Positions 1-8,514 of a stretch of 64,000 bases of DNA are shown here, in pieces. This DNA is from Dehalococcoidia bacterium (GTDB lineage: Bacteria > Chloroflexota > Dehalococcoidia > Bin125). Location of the stretch: assembly GCA_965221705.1 (NCBI GenBank), contig OZ244908.1, forward strand, positions 2,166,354 to 2,230,353, read 5' to 3'. Both the position numbers and the translations under genes were made by a program. Numbering within the stretch: the first letter of the stretch is position 1; each line of letters begins with the position of its first letter. The notes beneath the pieces are model-generated. The model was not told where the DNA came from, made no database searches, and saw only the letters and a program-made list of their open reading frames with translations.

Positions 1-48
1 CTAAGGAACGCGCCCTGAGATGGCGTCGCGTCTTGACGCGTCGAGCGG

Positions 49-1179
49 CTAGATCTCAAGCAGCTCGGCGACCTTCTCGCGGTGGTGGTCGGCGTCGCCC
101 CACATCAGCTCTGCCATCTTCTGACGGCGGAAGTAGAGCTGAATGATGTACTCCTTGGTGAAGCCGATGCCACCGTGAATCTGCTGTCCGTGCGCTACGA
201 CGCGTCGCGTCGCGTCGGAGCACCAGGCCTTGGCCATCGCGACCTGCAGGTCGGCGTCCGCCTCGTCCTCGGTCACCGCCCAAGCCGCGCGGTACATGAT
301 GAAGCGCGAGCCATCCACGTCGGTGATCATGTCGGCGGCCTTGTGCTGGATCGCCTGGAACGAGCCGATCGGTCGTCCGAACTGGATGCGCTCTTTGGCG
401 TAGTCGACTGAGATTTCGAAGTCGCGCTGCGCCAGGCCAACCAGGTACGCGCAGTAGGCCACGGTGTAGTAGCGCTTCGCGATCTCGATGATCGGCCACG
501 CGCCGCCGGCCGGGCCGAGCAGCGCGTCTGCGCCAACGCGGACATTCTCCAGCTTGACCTCGCACTGCTTGTCCGCGGCGATCGTCTGCAACACGGTGGT
601 CGATACGCCATCTGTGTTACCGGGCACGAGGAACATGGATACGCCCTCATCGCCTGCGGAACCCTCGTTGCGCGCGACGACCACGATCGTGTCGCTCACG
701 TGCGCGTCGGGGATGAACAGCTTGGTCCCATTGAGCACGTAGCCGTCGCCATCAGGCGCGCAAGTGGCCTCGACGCCCGAGCTGTCGAATCGCGCCGAGG
801 GCTCGGTTAGCGCGAAGGTCATCACGTGTTGGCCAGCCGCGACTGCCGTGCAGTACTGCTGCTTCTGCTCGTCCGTACCGACAGCCTGGACCAGGCCGGC
901 GGTGATCACGGTGTTGATGAACGGTCCCGGCACCAGCGCTCGACCGAACTCTTCAAGCAGCACGCAGAGGTCAAGGAAGGTCAGACCAGCGCCGCCGTAC
1001 TGCTCGTCTGTGATCAGGCCCATCCAACCCTGGTTGGCCATGCCGTTCCAGAGGTCGTCCGTGTAGCCGCGCTCGTCCTCCTCCATGTCGCGGACGAGCT
1101 TCTCCGTGCACTCATTGGTCAGGAAGTCACGTGCGAAATTCTTCAGCAGTTCCTGCTCTTCAGTCAGTCCGAGATCCAT
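49..1179 (-). CDS. acyl-CoA dehydrogenase family protein
   Basis: 376 aa ORF; N-terminal ACAD-type motifs (GGAGLTFLDLCVLLEEFGRAL, catalytic-base region near C-terminus); typical length. Confidence 0.85.
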   Translation of the reverse strand: MDLGLTEEQELLKNFARDFLTNECTEKLVRDMEEDERGYTDDLWNGMANQGWMGLITDEQYGGAGLTFLDLCVLLEEFGRALVPGPFINTVITAGLVQAVGTDEQKQQYCTAVAAGQHVMTFALTEPSARFDSSGVEATCAPDGDGYVLNGTKLFIPDAHVSDTIVVVARNEGSAGDEGVSMFLVPGNTDGVSTTVLQTIAADKQCEVKLENVRVGADALLGPAGGAWPIIEIAKRYYTVAYCAYLVGLAQRDFEISVDYAKERIQFGRPIGSFQAIQHKAADMITDVDGSRFIMYRAAWAVTEDEADADLQVAMAKAWCSDATRRVVAHGQQIHGGIGFTKEYIIQLYFRRQKMAELMWGDADHHREKVAELLEI

Positions 1180-1330
1180 GTCATCCTCCGTCGCGCACCG
1201 GAACTGGGGAGTGGTCCGCGAATGTTCAACTGCCAGGGGCGCGTTGCGACGCGCAGCGAATCTGAGACTATCGGATAGCCGCCATTTGCGCCACAGCCCA
1301 CGTGGACGCCTTGACCGCTAGGGATTGCAA

Positions 1331-1345
1331 CATAGAACATCTATG
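1331..1345. promoter_or_regulatory. 15-bp palindrome cataga-aca-tctatg in divergent intergenic region between acyl-CoA dehydrogenase and VOC genes; possible operator
   Basis: read directly from sequence. Confidence 0.3.
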
Positions 1346-1425
1346 CGCTATCGTGCGGCTCAACCGTTGTTCAGCTCCGCAATCAGACCGAACCGAATGC
1401 GACGAGGCCACGAGAGGACGACGAC

Positions 1426-1884
1426 ATGGTCCAGAATCCACCCGAAGGCAGTCAACGCATCATCCCCTATCTCAACTACGCCGACCCGCGCGCGGCCATC
1501 GAGTTCATCTGCGACGCGTTCGGATTCGAACAGGGGCTGCTGCTCGAAGGCCCCGATGGCTCAGTAATGCACTGCGAGCTGCTCTACGGCGGCGAGATGG
1601 TGATGCTGGCCGGTGAGTTTGTTGAGATCGGACTGAGCAGTCCCCAGTCGCTCGGCGGCGTGCACGCCTCAATCGCGATCTACGTTGATGATCTCGAAGC
1701 GCACTACGAGCGAGCCAAGGCCGCGGGCGCGCGGATCGTCGAGGAGCCGATGGATCAGTTCTACGGCGACCGGACCTATCGCGCTCTCGATGCTGAGGGG
1801 GTCGGCTGGGACTTTCACCAGCACATGCGCGATGTCTCGCCCGAGGAAATGGCCGCCGCCATGTCCGAGCAGCCTCAAGGATAG
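1426..1884 (+). CDS. VOC family protein (glyoxalase/bleomycin-resistance/dioxygenase fold), copy 1 of tandem pair
   Basis: 152 aa; PYLNYADPRAAIEFICDAFGF ... QFYGDRTYRALDAEGVGWDFHQHMRDVSPEEM; near-identical architecture to the next ORF. Confidence 0.75.
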   Translation: MVQNPPEGSQRIIPYLNYADPRAAIEFICDAFGFEQGLLLEGPDGSVMHCELLYGGEMVMLAGEFVEIGLSSPQSLGGVHASIAIYVDDLEAHYERAKAAGARIVEEPMDQFYGDRTYRALDAEGVGWDFHQHMRDVSPEEMAAAMSEQPQG

Positions 1885-1892
1885 GAAAAACG

Positions 1893-2351
1893 ATGGTCGA
1901 GTCCGAAGCCGCGAACTTCAGTTCGCAGATCACGCCGCAGCTTTCCTACGACGACGCGTCCGCCGCAATCGAGTGGCTTTGTCGAGTGTTCGGCTTCGAG
2001 GAGCTCTATCGCCTAGAAATGCCCGACGGTTCGATCGGCCACGCTGAGTTGGTCTACGCCGGGGCCAGAATCGCCCTGGCCTCGGCCTACCCCGAGGGCG
2101 GCCTCGGCGGTCCACGAGCGTTGCCGCACGTACACAGCAGCCTGCAAGTCGATGTCGAGGATGTCGACGCGCACTTCGCCCGAGCCAAGGCCGAAGGCGC
2201 CAACGTCATCCAGGAGCCGGCAGACCAGTTCTACGGCGACCGCACCTATCGCGCGCATGACCTCGAGGGTCACCGCTGGTGGTTCCATCAGCACCTGCGC
2301 GACGTCTCGCCTGAGGAAATGGCGAACGCCGTCGCTGAAATGAGCGAATGA
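1893..2351 (+). CDS. VOC family protein, copy 2 of tandem pair
   Basis: 152 aa paralog of previous ORF (QFYGDRTYRAHDLEGHRWWFHQHLRDVSPEEM); 9 bp spacer. Confidence 0.75.
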   Translation: MVESEAANFSSQITPQLSYDDASAAIEWLCRVFGFEELYRLEMPDGSIGHAELVYAGARIALASAYPEGGLGGPRALPHVHSSLQVDVEDVDAHFARAKAEGANVIQEPADQFYGDRTYRAHDLEGHRWWFHQHLRDVSPEEMANAVAEMSE

Positions 2352-2382
2352 GCCAGTCAGCGGGTGCGTCAGCGACGCGCGA

Positions 2383-3210
2383 CTAGTTGATGCGCCGCTT
2401 CACGCGGACGCGAATCACCACCCCGCTGCGCGGCTCGTCGCCCTCAGCCGGATAGCGGTCGACCTGCCAGTACAACGGCGCCAGCTCATCAAGCAGCCGG
2501 TGGTCTTCGACCGGCGTGATCTCGACCGTCCCACGCAGCTCCGTATAGCGATAACCGTCGGCCTCGTCGTGGATGCTGACCGCGACCGCCGGATTGCGAC
2601 GCAGATGCAGCGTCTTCACCGTCTCTGGACCGGTCCAGAATTCGATGTCGTCCTCGCCGCTATCGGCGACTCGGCGATGCCAGACGACGGATGATCGCGG
2701 CTGCCCGCCCGAGCTCACCGTCGCGACATGCGCAAAGTGCGGCGGACTCAGCAGATCGGTCCCAGGCTCGGGCGTCGGGTGCGACGGCGGCGCTACGAAC
2801 GAACCGCTCGTGACCGCGCGCTCGACCGTCACGCGAACGCGGAACCCCTCGCGATTCTCGGTCTTGAAGGGATAGTCGCGACCCATGTACGTCCGCGACA
2901 TCTCATCGGTGTCGTCCCAAGTCGTGACCGGCGACAGCTGGGCGCTGCCCAGAATCTCCAACGTCCGATACGGATTGTCCGTGTCGTGAACCGACAGCGA
3001 CACCCGCGCATCTCGCTCCATGTTGAGCGACTTGCGATAGCCCTTGCCGGTGCTGAACCAAATCGAGCGGACGCTACCGTCAGCGTCGACCTCGTCGGGC
3101 GCAATCCAGATTGGCGACGACGACGGCGATCCGTCGCGATTGACCGTGACGAGATGCGCGAAATGCGGCGCGCCGCAGAGATCAGCGAACTCGGCCGGGA
3201 CAAATGACAT
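2383..3210 (-). CDS. pyridoxamine 5'-phosphate oxidase-like (PPOX class, probable F420/FMN-binding) protein with two tandem PNPOx-like domains
   Basis: 275 aa; internal repeat PPHFAHLVTVNRDGSPSSSPIW / PPHFAHVATVSSGGQPRSSVVW. Confidence 0.65.
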   Translation of the reverse strand: MSFVPAEFADLCGAPHFAHLVTVNRDGSPSSSPIWIAPDEVDADGSVRSIWFSTGKGYRKSLNMERDARVSLSVHDTDNPYRTLEILGSAQLSPVTTWDDTDEMSRTYMGRDYPFKTENREGFRVRVTVERAVTSGSFVAPPSHPTPEPGTDLLSPPHFAHVATVSSGGQPRSSVVWHRRVADSGEDDIEFWTGPETVKTLHLRRNPAVAVSIHDEADGYRYTELRGTVEITPVEDHRLLDELAPLYWQVDRYPAEGDEPRSGVVIRVRVKRRIN

Positions 3211-3313
3211 CGTGACGTCCTCTCCGACTGACCAGTCCTACGGACTGGCCAGAGGCGAGGCGCGCGCCTCGCCTCTGGCAGTTGTAAGTCGTCTCTGACA
3301 GTTGCGTTCGCCG

Positions 3314-4957
3314 CTAGCGGCTCAGCGTCGCCGAGTAGCCGCCGAATCGCGCCTGTCCTGGCATGGCGTGCTGCTCGACCTCAACGTTGACCACGGCCGC
3401 CTTACCCGAAGCCATCGCGCGCTCGATCGCCGGACCGATGTCCTCTGGCTGGGTCACATGCTCGCCGTGTCCGCCGAGGGCAATGGCGATGTCCTCATAG
3501 CGCTGTCCGAAGCCCAGCGGTCGCCCTGGAGTGTCGTTCGAGCCGGCTGTCCAGCCAGCGTTGTTCGAGATCACGATCGTCGCCGGTAGGTCGTGGCGAA
3601 CCATCGTATCGATCTCCTGCACGTTCATCAGGAACGAACCGTCACCGACAAAGCCAATCACCTGGCGCTCGGGAGCGGCCGCCTTGGCGCCGAGCACGAA
3701 GGGAAGCCCCACGCCCATGCAGCCATTGGGACCAGGATTCAGCCGACCGCCCTCGACGTACGAGGGAATGTACTGACGCGCCCAGGCGAGTGTCGCGTTG
3801 CCGTCAACGCAGACGATTGCGTCACGGTCCATGCGCTGCACAATCTCGTCCGCCAAACGCAATGGGTGAATCGGCACGCTCGACTCTTGCGCCAACTCGA
3901 CGTACTGCTGGCGACGTCCGTCATCTGACTCGCGCAATTCGGCGATCCAGTCGGTCGACGGCTGTAGGTTGGCCTCGCGAGCCGCCGCCGTCAGCGCGAC
4001 CAGCGCCCGCTTGGCGTCGGCGACCATACCGACTGTGGCTTCCTTGTTGTGGCCGATCTCCGTCGGATCGGTGTCCACGTGGATCACCTTGAGGTCTGGC
4101 GACCAGCGAGGCGGCAAACCCGAGCCGACGACAAAGTTCAGCCTGGTGCCGACAACGAGCGCCACGTCGGCCTCGCGGAAGGCCTTGCTGCGCGCCGCCA
4201 GGAAACAGAGGTCGTGATCCTCCGGCACGACGCCGCGACCCTGTGGCGTCGTGTAGAACGGTATCTGCGCTGTATCAATGAACTCCCGCAGCTCGGCCGA
4301 GGCGTCAGACCAGAAGACTCCGGTGCCGGTCAGCACGATCGGTCGCTCGGCGTTGGCCAAGAGCTCGATCGCCTGCTTGACCTGGTCCGGATCGGCGCCG
4401 GGGCGGGAGCGCTCGCCGCCCGTCTTGGGGAACCAGACAGCCTCGTCATCTGACTGTTGATACAGGGTGTCGCCAGGCAGATCGAGATACGTCGGCCCTG
4501 GCTTCGGACCCTGCGACTCCCGATAGGCGAGATTGAAGAACTCTGGCATCCGCGCCGAGTGCGTTACGCGACTGGCCCAGCGAGTGACCGGCGCCGCCAT
4601 GGCGAGTTGGTCGTACTCCTGAAAGTCATCGCGCTCGAACGATGAGAACGCCGCCGCGCCGCCAAGCGCGACCATCGGTACGCCGTCGAGGTACGCATTG
4701 GCGACCCCGGTCAACAGATTGGTTGTCGCCGGGCCAGAAGCGGCCATGCAGACGCCCGGCACGCGCTTGACTCGCGCGTAACCATGCGCCGCCATCGCCG
4801 CGCCTTGCTCATGTCGACAATCGATCGTGCGAATGCCGTGCTCGGCGGCAAAACCGGCCGCCTCGATGATCGGCCCGCCCATGATGTAGAAGAGGTCCTC
4901 GACCCCTTCGTTGACCATCTGCCGCGCAAGCAGCTCAGATCCCATCTGATCAGCCAT
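3314..4957 (-). CDS. thiamine pyrophosphate-dependent enzyme (acetolactate synthase large subunit-like)
   Basis: 547 aa; N-terminal TPP-enzyme Pyr domain (GVEDLFYIMGGPII...CRHEQGAAMAAHGYARV), C-terminal GDGSF TPP-binding motif. Confidence 0.85.
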   Translation of the reverse strand: MADQMGSELLARQMVNEGVEDLFYIMGGPIIEAAGFAAEHGIRTIDCRHEQGAAMAAHGYARVKRVPGVCMAASGPATTNLLTGVANAYLDGVPMVALGGAAAFSSFERDDFQEYDQLAMAAPVTRWASRVTHSARMPEFFNLAYRESQGPKPGPTYLDLPGDTLYQQSDDEAVWFPKTGGERSRPGADPDQVKQAIELLANAERPIVLTGTGVFWSDASAELREFIDTAQIPFYTTPQGRGVVPEDHDLCFLAARSKAFREADVALVVGTRLNFVVGSGLPPRWSPDLKVIHVDTDPTEIGHNKEATVGMVADAKRALVALTAAAREANLQPSTDWIAELRESDDGRRQQYVELAQESSVPIHPLRLADEIVQRMDRDAIVCVDGNATLAWARQYIPSYVEGGRLNPGPNGCMGVGLPFVLGAKAAAPERQVIGFVGDGSFLMNVQEIDTMVRHDLPATIVISNNAGWTAGSNDTPGRPLGFGQRYEDIAIALGGHGEHVTQPEDIGPAIERAMASGKAAVVNVEVEQHAMPGQARFGGYSATLSR

Positions 4958-5011
4958 GTCGCCGTCCTCTCAAGACTCGATCCCGAATGGTTATGCGATC
5001 GATGACACCGC

Positions 5012-5302
5012 TCAGTCAGGTACTTCGTAGCGATGCAGCACTGGTCGCGCTGTGGTGAACTCGCGAATCCCAGCCATGCCCTGCATCGCCTCCGAAGTGC
5101 CGTGCGCCGTCAAGTCTTCTTCAGTGGCCCAGTTCTCGAACAGGATGTACCGAGTCTCGTCGTCAACTGAGCGGAACAGGTCGTAGTTGTTGCAGCCCGC
5201 GTCCTCGGCCTTGACCTTGGCTGTGGCGCCCGCCATGAAGGCTTCGAACGCCTCCGCCTTGCCTTCAGCCACCGTGAATTCCACTGTCAGCCCAATCGCC
5301 AT
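5012..5302 (-). CDS. antibiotic biosynthesis monooxygenase (ABM) family protein, putative quinol monooxygenase
   Basis: 96 aa; ferredoxin-like ABM pattern (TVEFTVAEGKAEAFEAF ... RYILFENWATEEDLTAHGTSEAMQ). Confidence 0.65.
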   Translation of the reverse strand: MAIGLTVEFTVAEGKAEAFEAFMAGATAKVKAEDAGCNNYDLFRSVDDETRYILFENWATEEDLTAHGTSEAMQGMAGIREFTTARPVLHRYEVPD

Positions 5303-5377
5303 ATCTATCTCCAGTCCGTTCCTCGCGGACGCGATCAGTGCCGCATCCGGTGTAGACGTGTTCGGGCAATATGTTAG

Positions 5378-5433
5378 CGCTCGACTGAGCGCGCAATCCG
5401 ACCAGCGCTCGACCGAGCGCGCAATCCGACCAG
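5378..5433. repeat. tandem 28-bp direct repeat (2 units, 1 mismatch) in the divergent promoter region between the ABM and SDR genes; each unit contains a small palindrome cgctc-gact-gagcg
   Basis: cgctcgactgagcgcgcaatccgaccag / cgctcgaccgagcgcgcaatccgaccag read directly from sequence. Confidence 0.8.
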
Positions 5434-5464
5434 CTCATCCGCCGACACGCCGTACACTGCCGAC

Positions 5465-6289
5465 ATGCTTGAGACGCTACGTATGGACGGCAAGCGCGTG
5501 ATCGTCACTGGGGCCGGGCGCGGCCTCGGTCGTCAGATGGCGTTGCACCTCGCCGTCGCAGGCGCGGACATCGTCTGCGCGGCGCGGACCGAGTCGCAGA
5601 TCGCGGCCGTCGCCGAAGAGATTCGCGCCATAGGACGGCGCGCGCTCGTTATCCCAACCGACGTCAGCGTCTCGGCCCAAGTCGACGCGATGGTCGAGCG
5701 GACGATCGACGAGTGGGGCGGATTTGAGGTGATGATCGCCAACGCTGGCGGCGGAGGCGCCGCCTCACTCAAACACGTCACTGAAGTCTCCGACGATGAT
5801 TGGCGCGACACGGTTGATCTCAACTTCTCCAGCGCCTTCTACTGCGCGAGGGCCGCAGCGCGGCACTTTCGCGCCGAGTCCAAGCCCGGCAACATCATCA
5901 CCGTCGCCTCCGGCACCGCACTGCGCGGCGACGCTCGGCTGTTCGTGTACGGCGCATCCAAAGCCGGCGTGATCACGCTGACTCAGGCCCTGGCGACGCA
6001 GCTCGCCCGTGAACAGATTCGCGTCAACTGCATCGTCCCGGGCTTCGTCGCCCAACAAACGCTCGAGACCACCGAGCAAATCGAGCAGGCGCGCAACCAG
6101 GGATCGCGCATACCCGTCGGTCGCATCGGCGAGGCCTGGGAACTCGGCCCGTTGGCCGTCTATCTCGCCTCCGACGCCTCGGCCTATATGACGGGCGAGG
6201 CGATGATCATCGACGGCGGCGGCCTCGCAGGCGGCCTCGCGCCAACGGGCTGGGACGTCCAGGCCGGCATTGGAGGCGTGCCCTCGTGA
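5465..6289 (+). CDS. SDR family oxidoreductase (classical; TGAGRGLGR cofactor motif, YxxxK present)
   Basis: 274 aa; VIVTGAGRGLGRQMA, NAGGGG, FVYGASKAG catalytic motif. Confidence 0.85.
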   Translation: MLETLRMDGKRVIVTGAGRGLGRQMALHLAVAGADIVCAARTESQIAAVAEEIRAIGRRALVIPTDVSVSAQVDAMVERTIDEWGGFEVMIANAGGGGAASLKHVTEVSDDDWRDTVDLNFSSAFYCARAAARHFRAESKPGNIITVASGTALRGDARLFVYGASKAGVITLTQALATQLAREQIRVNCIVPGFVAQQTLETTEQIEQARNQGSRIPVGRIGEAWELGPLAVYLASDASAYMTGEAMIIDGGGLAGGLAPTGWDVQAGIGGVPS

Positions 6290-7080
6290 GCCCGCAGAAC
6301 CCAGTGCCTCCTCCCGACGTTGCCGAGGGCCAGCTGCAAGGCTTCGACCTCAGCGGCAGACGCGTGATCGTCTACGGCGCCGAGAAACCAAGCCTGGCGG
6401 CGATCGTCGACGCGCTGCGCGAAGCCGGGGCAACCGTCGGCGTGACCAGCGCCAACACCGATGGCGCATCCCTGTTCCGACTCAAGAAAGCCGCCGGCAG
6501 CGGGCCCAACGAGGCCGTCGATCTGTCCAACGGTACCAACATCCAGGTCGCGACGCGCAAGATCTCGAAAGAGCTGGGCGGTCTCGACGCGGCCATTGTC
6601 GCGCCGCAGCTCTACCACGCCGCTCCGCTGCGCAAGACACTCGACGCCGATATCCAGCGTGTGCTGATGGCCAATCTCGGCGGCGCCTTCGCCGCCTTTC
6701 GCAGCGCCAATCGAGAGTTCCGCGACCGTCCCGGTCGACTGATCGCCGTGCTCGACGCTTCCGCCGTCCGAGGCCTCACCAATCTCAGCCTGTACAGCGC
6801 CGCGCAATCAGGCGTAATCGGCCTCGTCCGATCGCTGAGTCAAGAGCTGGCGCCGAACGGCACGACAGTCAATGCCATCGTCGTCGGTTGGACCGACGCC
6901 TCGCCCGGTCGCGGGCCGTCAGCGGCGGAAGACAACCTGCTCCTGCGATTCATACCGATGCGTCGCTTCGGCGAGCCCGCCGACCCCGCGCCGCTGGCCG
7001 TCTATCTGGCCTCCGAGGCGAGCGGATACATCACCGGCCAAACGATCCAGGTCGATGGCGGCGTGCTCAAGCACCTGTAA
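6286..7080 (+). CDS. SDR-like protein, atypical (degenerate Gly-rich motif, catalytic Lys replaced: LYSAAQSG); probable non-catalytic partner subunit
   Basis: 264 aa; GTG start overlapping upstream SDR stop by 4 bp (GTGA); SDR fold motifs NAIVVG, IQVDGG. Confidence 0.7.
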   Translation: MSPQNPVPPPDVAEGQLQGFDLSGRRVIVYGAEKPSLAAIVDALREAGATVGVTSANTDGASLFRLKKAAGSGPNEAVDLSNGTNIQVATRKISKELGGLDAAIVAPQLYHAAPLRKTLDADIQRVLMANLGGAFAAFRSANREFRDRPGRLIAVLDASAVRGLTNLSLYSAAQSGVIGLVRSLSQELAPNGTTVNAIVVGWTDASPGRGPSAAEDNLLLRFIPMRRFGEPADPAPLAVYLASEASGYITGQTIQVDGGVLKHL

Positions 7081-7116
7081 GCCCGGTCGTCGGCGAGAGC
7101 CTTCTTCAGCAGTCAG

Positions 7117-7153
7117 CCCTTGTATAAGGATATCCAGCATCCTTATACAAGGG
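7117..7153. promoter_or_regulatory. perfect 14-bp-stem inverted repeat (cccttgtataagga-N9-tccttatacaaggg) in an AT-rich spacer 37 bp after the SDR stop and about 85 bp upstream of the Fic gene; terminator or operator
   Basis: read directly; local GC far below genome average; taaggatat element recurs at about 7216. Confidence 0.4.
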
Positions 7154-7237
7154 CCTGTTTCAAGCCAATGATCCTCAAGACTCCCTGAGAAACCGATCAG
7201 AACACCTTGTCATTAGATAAGGATATGTCCTATCATT

Positions 7238-8482
7238 ATGCAAGAAGACTCAGTTGGAAAAGGAACGTGTGTGCGAGGAAGGCTCGTTCGCCAAAGCTGG
7301 CGGCATGATCCAACCTTCTACGCGCCACCGCGCTACCGGCGCTCGTGCAGCTACGAGTCATTCATTCCCGAACCCCTTGATCTCAGTGGTCACGAATTCG
7401 AGCTCCCGACAGACCTGGCCGCGACCCTGTCCGAAGTCGAAGCCGGCATTACAGCACTCAACAACGACGTGAGACCCGGCCTCTCATCACTGTCCAGACT
7501 GCTCTTGCGAACTGAATCGATTGCATCTTCAAAGGTCGAAGGTATGCAGGCCGACGCCAGAGCGCTGGCCATGGCCGAAGCGAGACTCCGCCTCGGACGC
7601 AGTGTTGGGGCGCAGGCGAGAGAAATCATCGCCAACATCGATGCCATGGAACAGGCCGTCCAGCGCGCCGCCGAAGCGGACATTTTCAGCCTCGACGACC
7701 TGCGCCAGATCCATGCGGCGCTCATGAACCGATTCCCTGCATCAAGACGCGCCGGTCAGCTACGCGACAGCCAGAACTGGATTGGCGGGAACGACTACAA
7801 CCCCTGCGGCGCCGACTACGTTCCGCCGCCGCCTGAGGAGGTAGTCCCGCTCTTGGAGAATCTCTGCGAGTTTGCTGAGTCGGATCTCTTTCCACCCATG
7901 ATGCAGGCCGCGATCGCCCACGCTCAGTTCGAGACCGTCCATCCATTTGATGACGGCAATGGACGCACCGGCCGGGCGTTGGTGCAAGTCGTGCTCCGAC
8001 GACGCGGCGTAGCGCCGCAGGTCGTTCCACCAATCAGCGTCGTGCTGTCGCTCCGACGAGACTCTTACATCAATGGTCTGGTCGCCTATCGCGAAGGCCG
8101 CTGGGTCGAGTGGATCACGACGTTCGCCGCCGCAACCGCGCAAGCGGCATCGTTGGCAATCCAATACGGAGACCTGGTTCAGGACCTGCTGGAGTTTTGG
8201 GCAGCGCGGCTGCGCCACACCTCGAACCCCCGCGCCGACGCTGCAGCCTGGCTCGTGCTGCAAGCGCTGCCGGCCTACCCTGCCATCACGGTCTCCGACG
8301 CGGTCCTCGCCACAGGTCGGAGCCAACCCGCGGTCAACGCAGCGTTCTCACAGCTGGAAGAGGCGGGCATCCTGACTCCGCTGGGACGATCGCGCCGCAA
8401 CCGCGCTTGGGAACCACAAGGTCTCCTGGACCTGATCATCGCCATCGAGTCAGGCGAACCACCTGCGCCTCGGCTAGACTGA
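7238..8482 (+). CDS. Fic family protein (class II, N-terminal inhibitory helix), probable AMPylase
   Basis: canonical Fic motif HPFDDGNGRTGRALV; N-terminal SSKVEG matching [ST]xxxE[GN] inhibitory motif; gene GC visibly lower than flanks; exact start uncertain (7238 or 7304). Confidence 0.85.
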   Translation: MQEDSVGKGTCVRGRLVRQSWRHDPTFYAPPRYRRSCSYESFIPEPLDLSGHEFELPTDLAATLSEVEAGITALNNDVRPGLSSLSRLLLRTESIASSKVEGMQADARALAMAEARLRLGRSVGAQAREIIANIDAMEQAVQRAAEADIFSLDDLRQIHAALMNRFPASRRAGQLRDSQNWIGGNDYNPCGADYVPPPPEEVVPLLENLCEFAESDLFPPMMQAAIAHAQFETVHPFDDGNGRTGRALVQVVLRRRGVAPQVVPPISVVLSLRRDSYINGLVAYREGRWVEWITTFAAATAQAASLAIQYGDLVQDLLEFWAARLRHTSNPRADAAAWLVLQALPAYPAITVSDAVLATGRSQPAVNAAFSQLEEAGILTPLGRSRRNRAWEPQGLLDLIIAIESGEPPAPRLD

Positions 8483-8514
8483 CCTCGCCGAACACTGGAC
8501 TTCTGGAGCGCCCC

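Noticed and set aside
6270-7127. 285-aa R-rich ORF overlapping the second SDR in another frame
   Set aside because: Composition-biased shadow (over 25% Arg). The in-frame SDR-fold reading 6286-7080 is supported by paralogy with 10250-11056.
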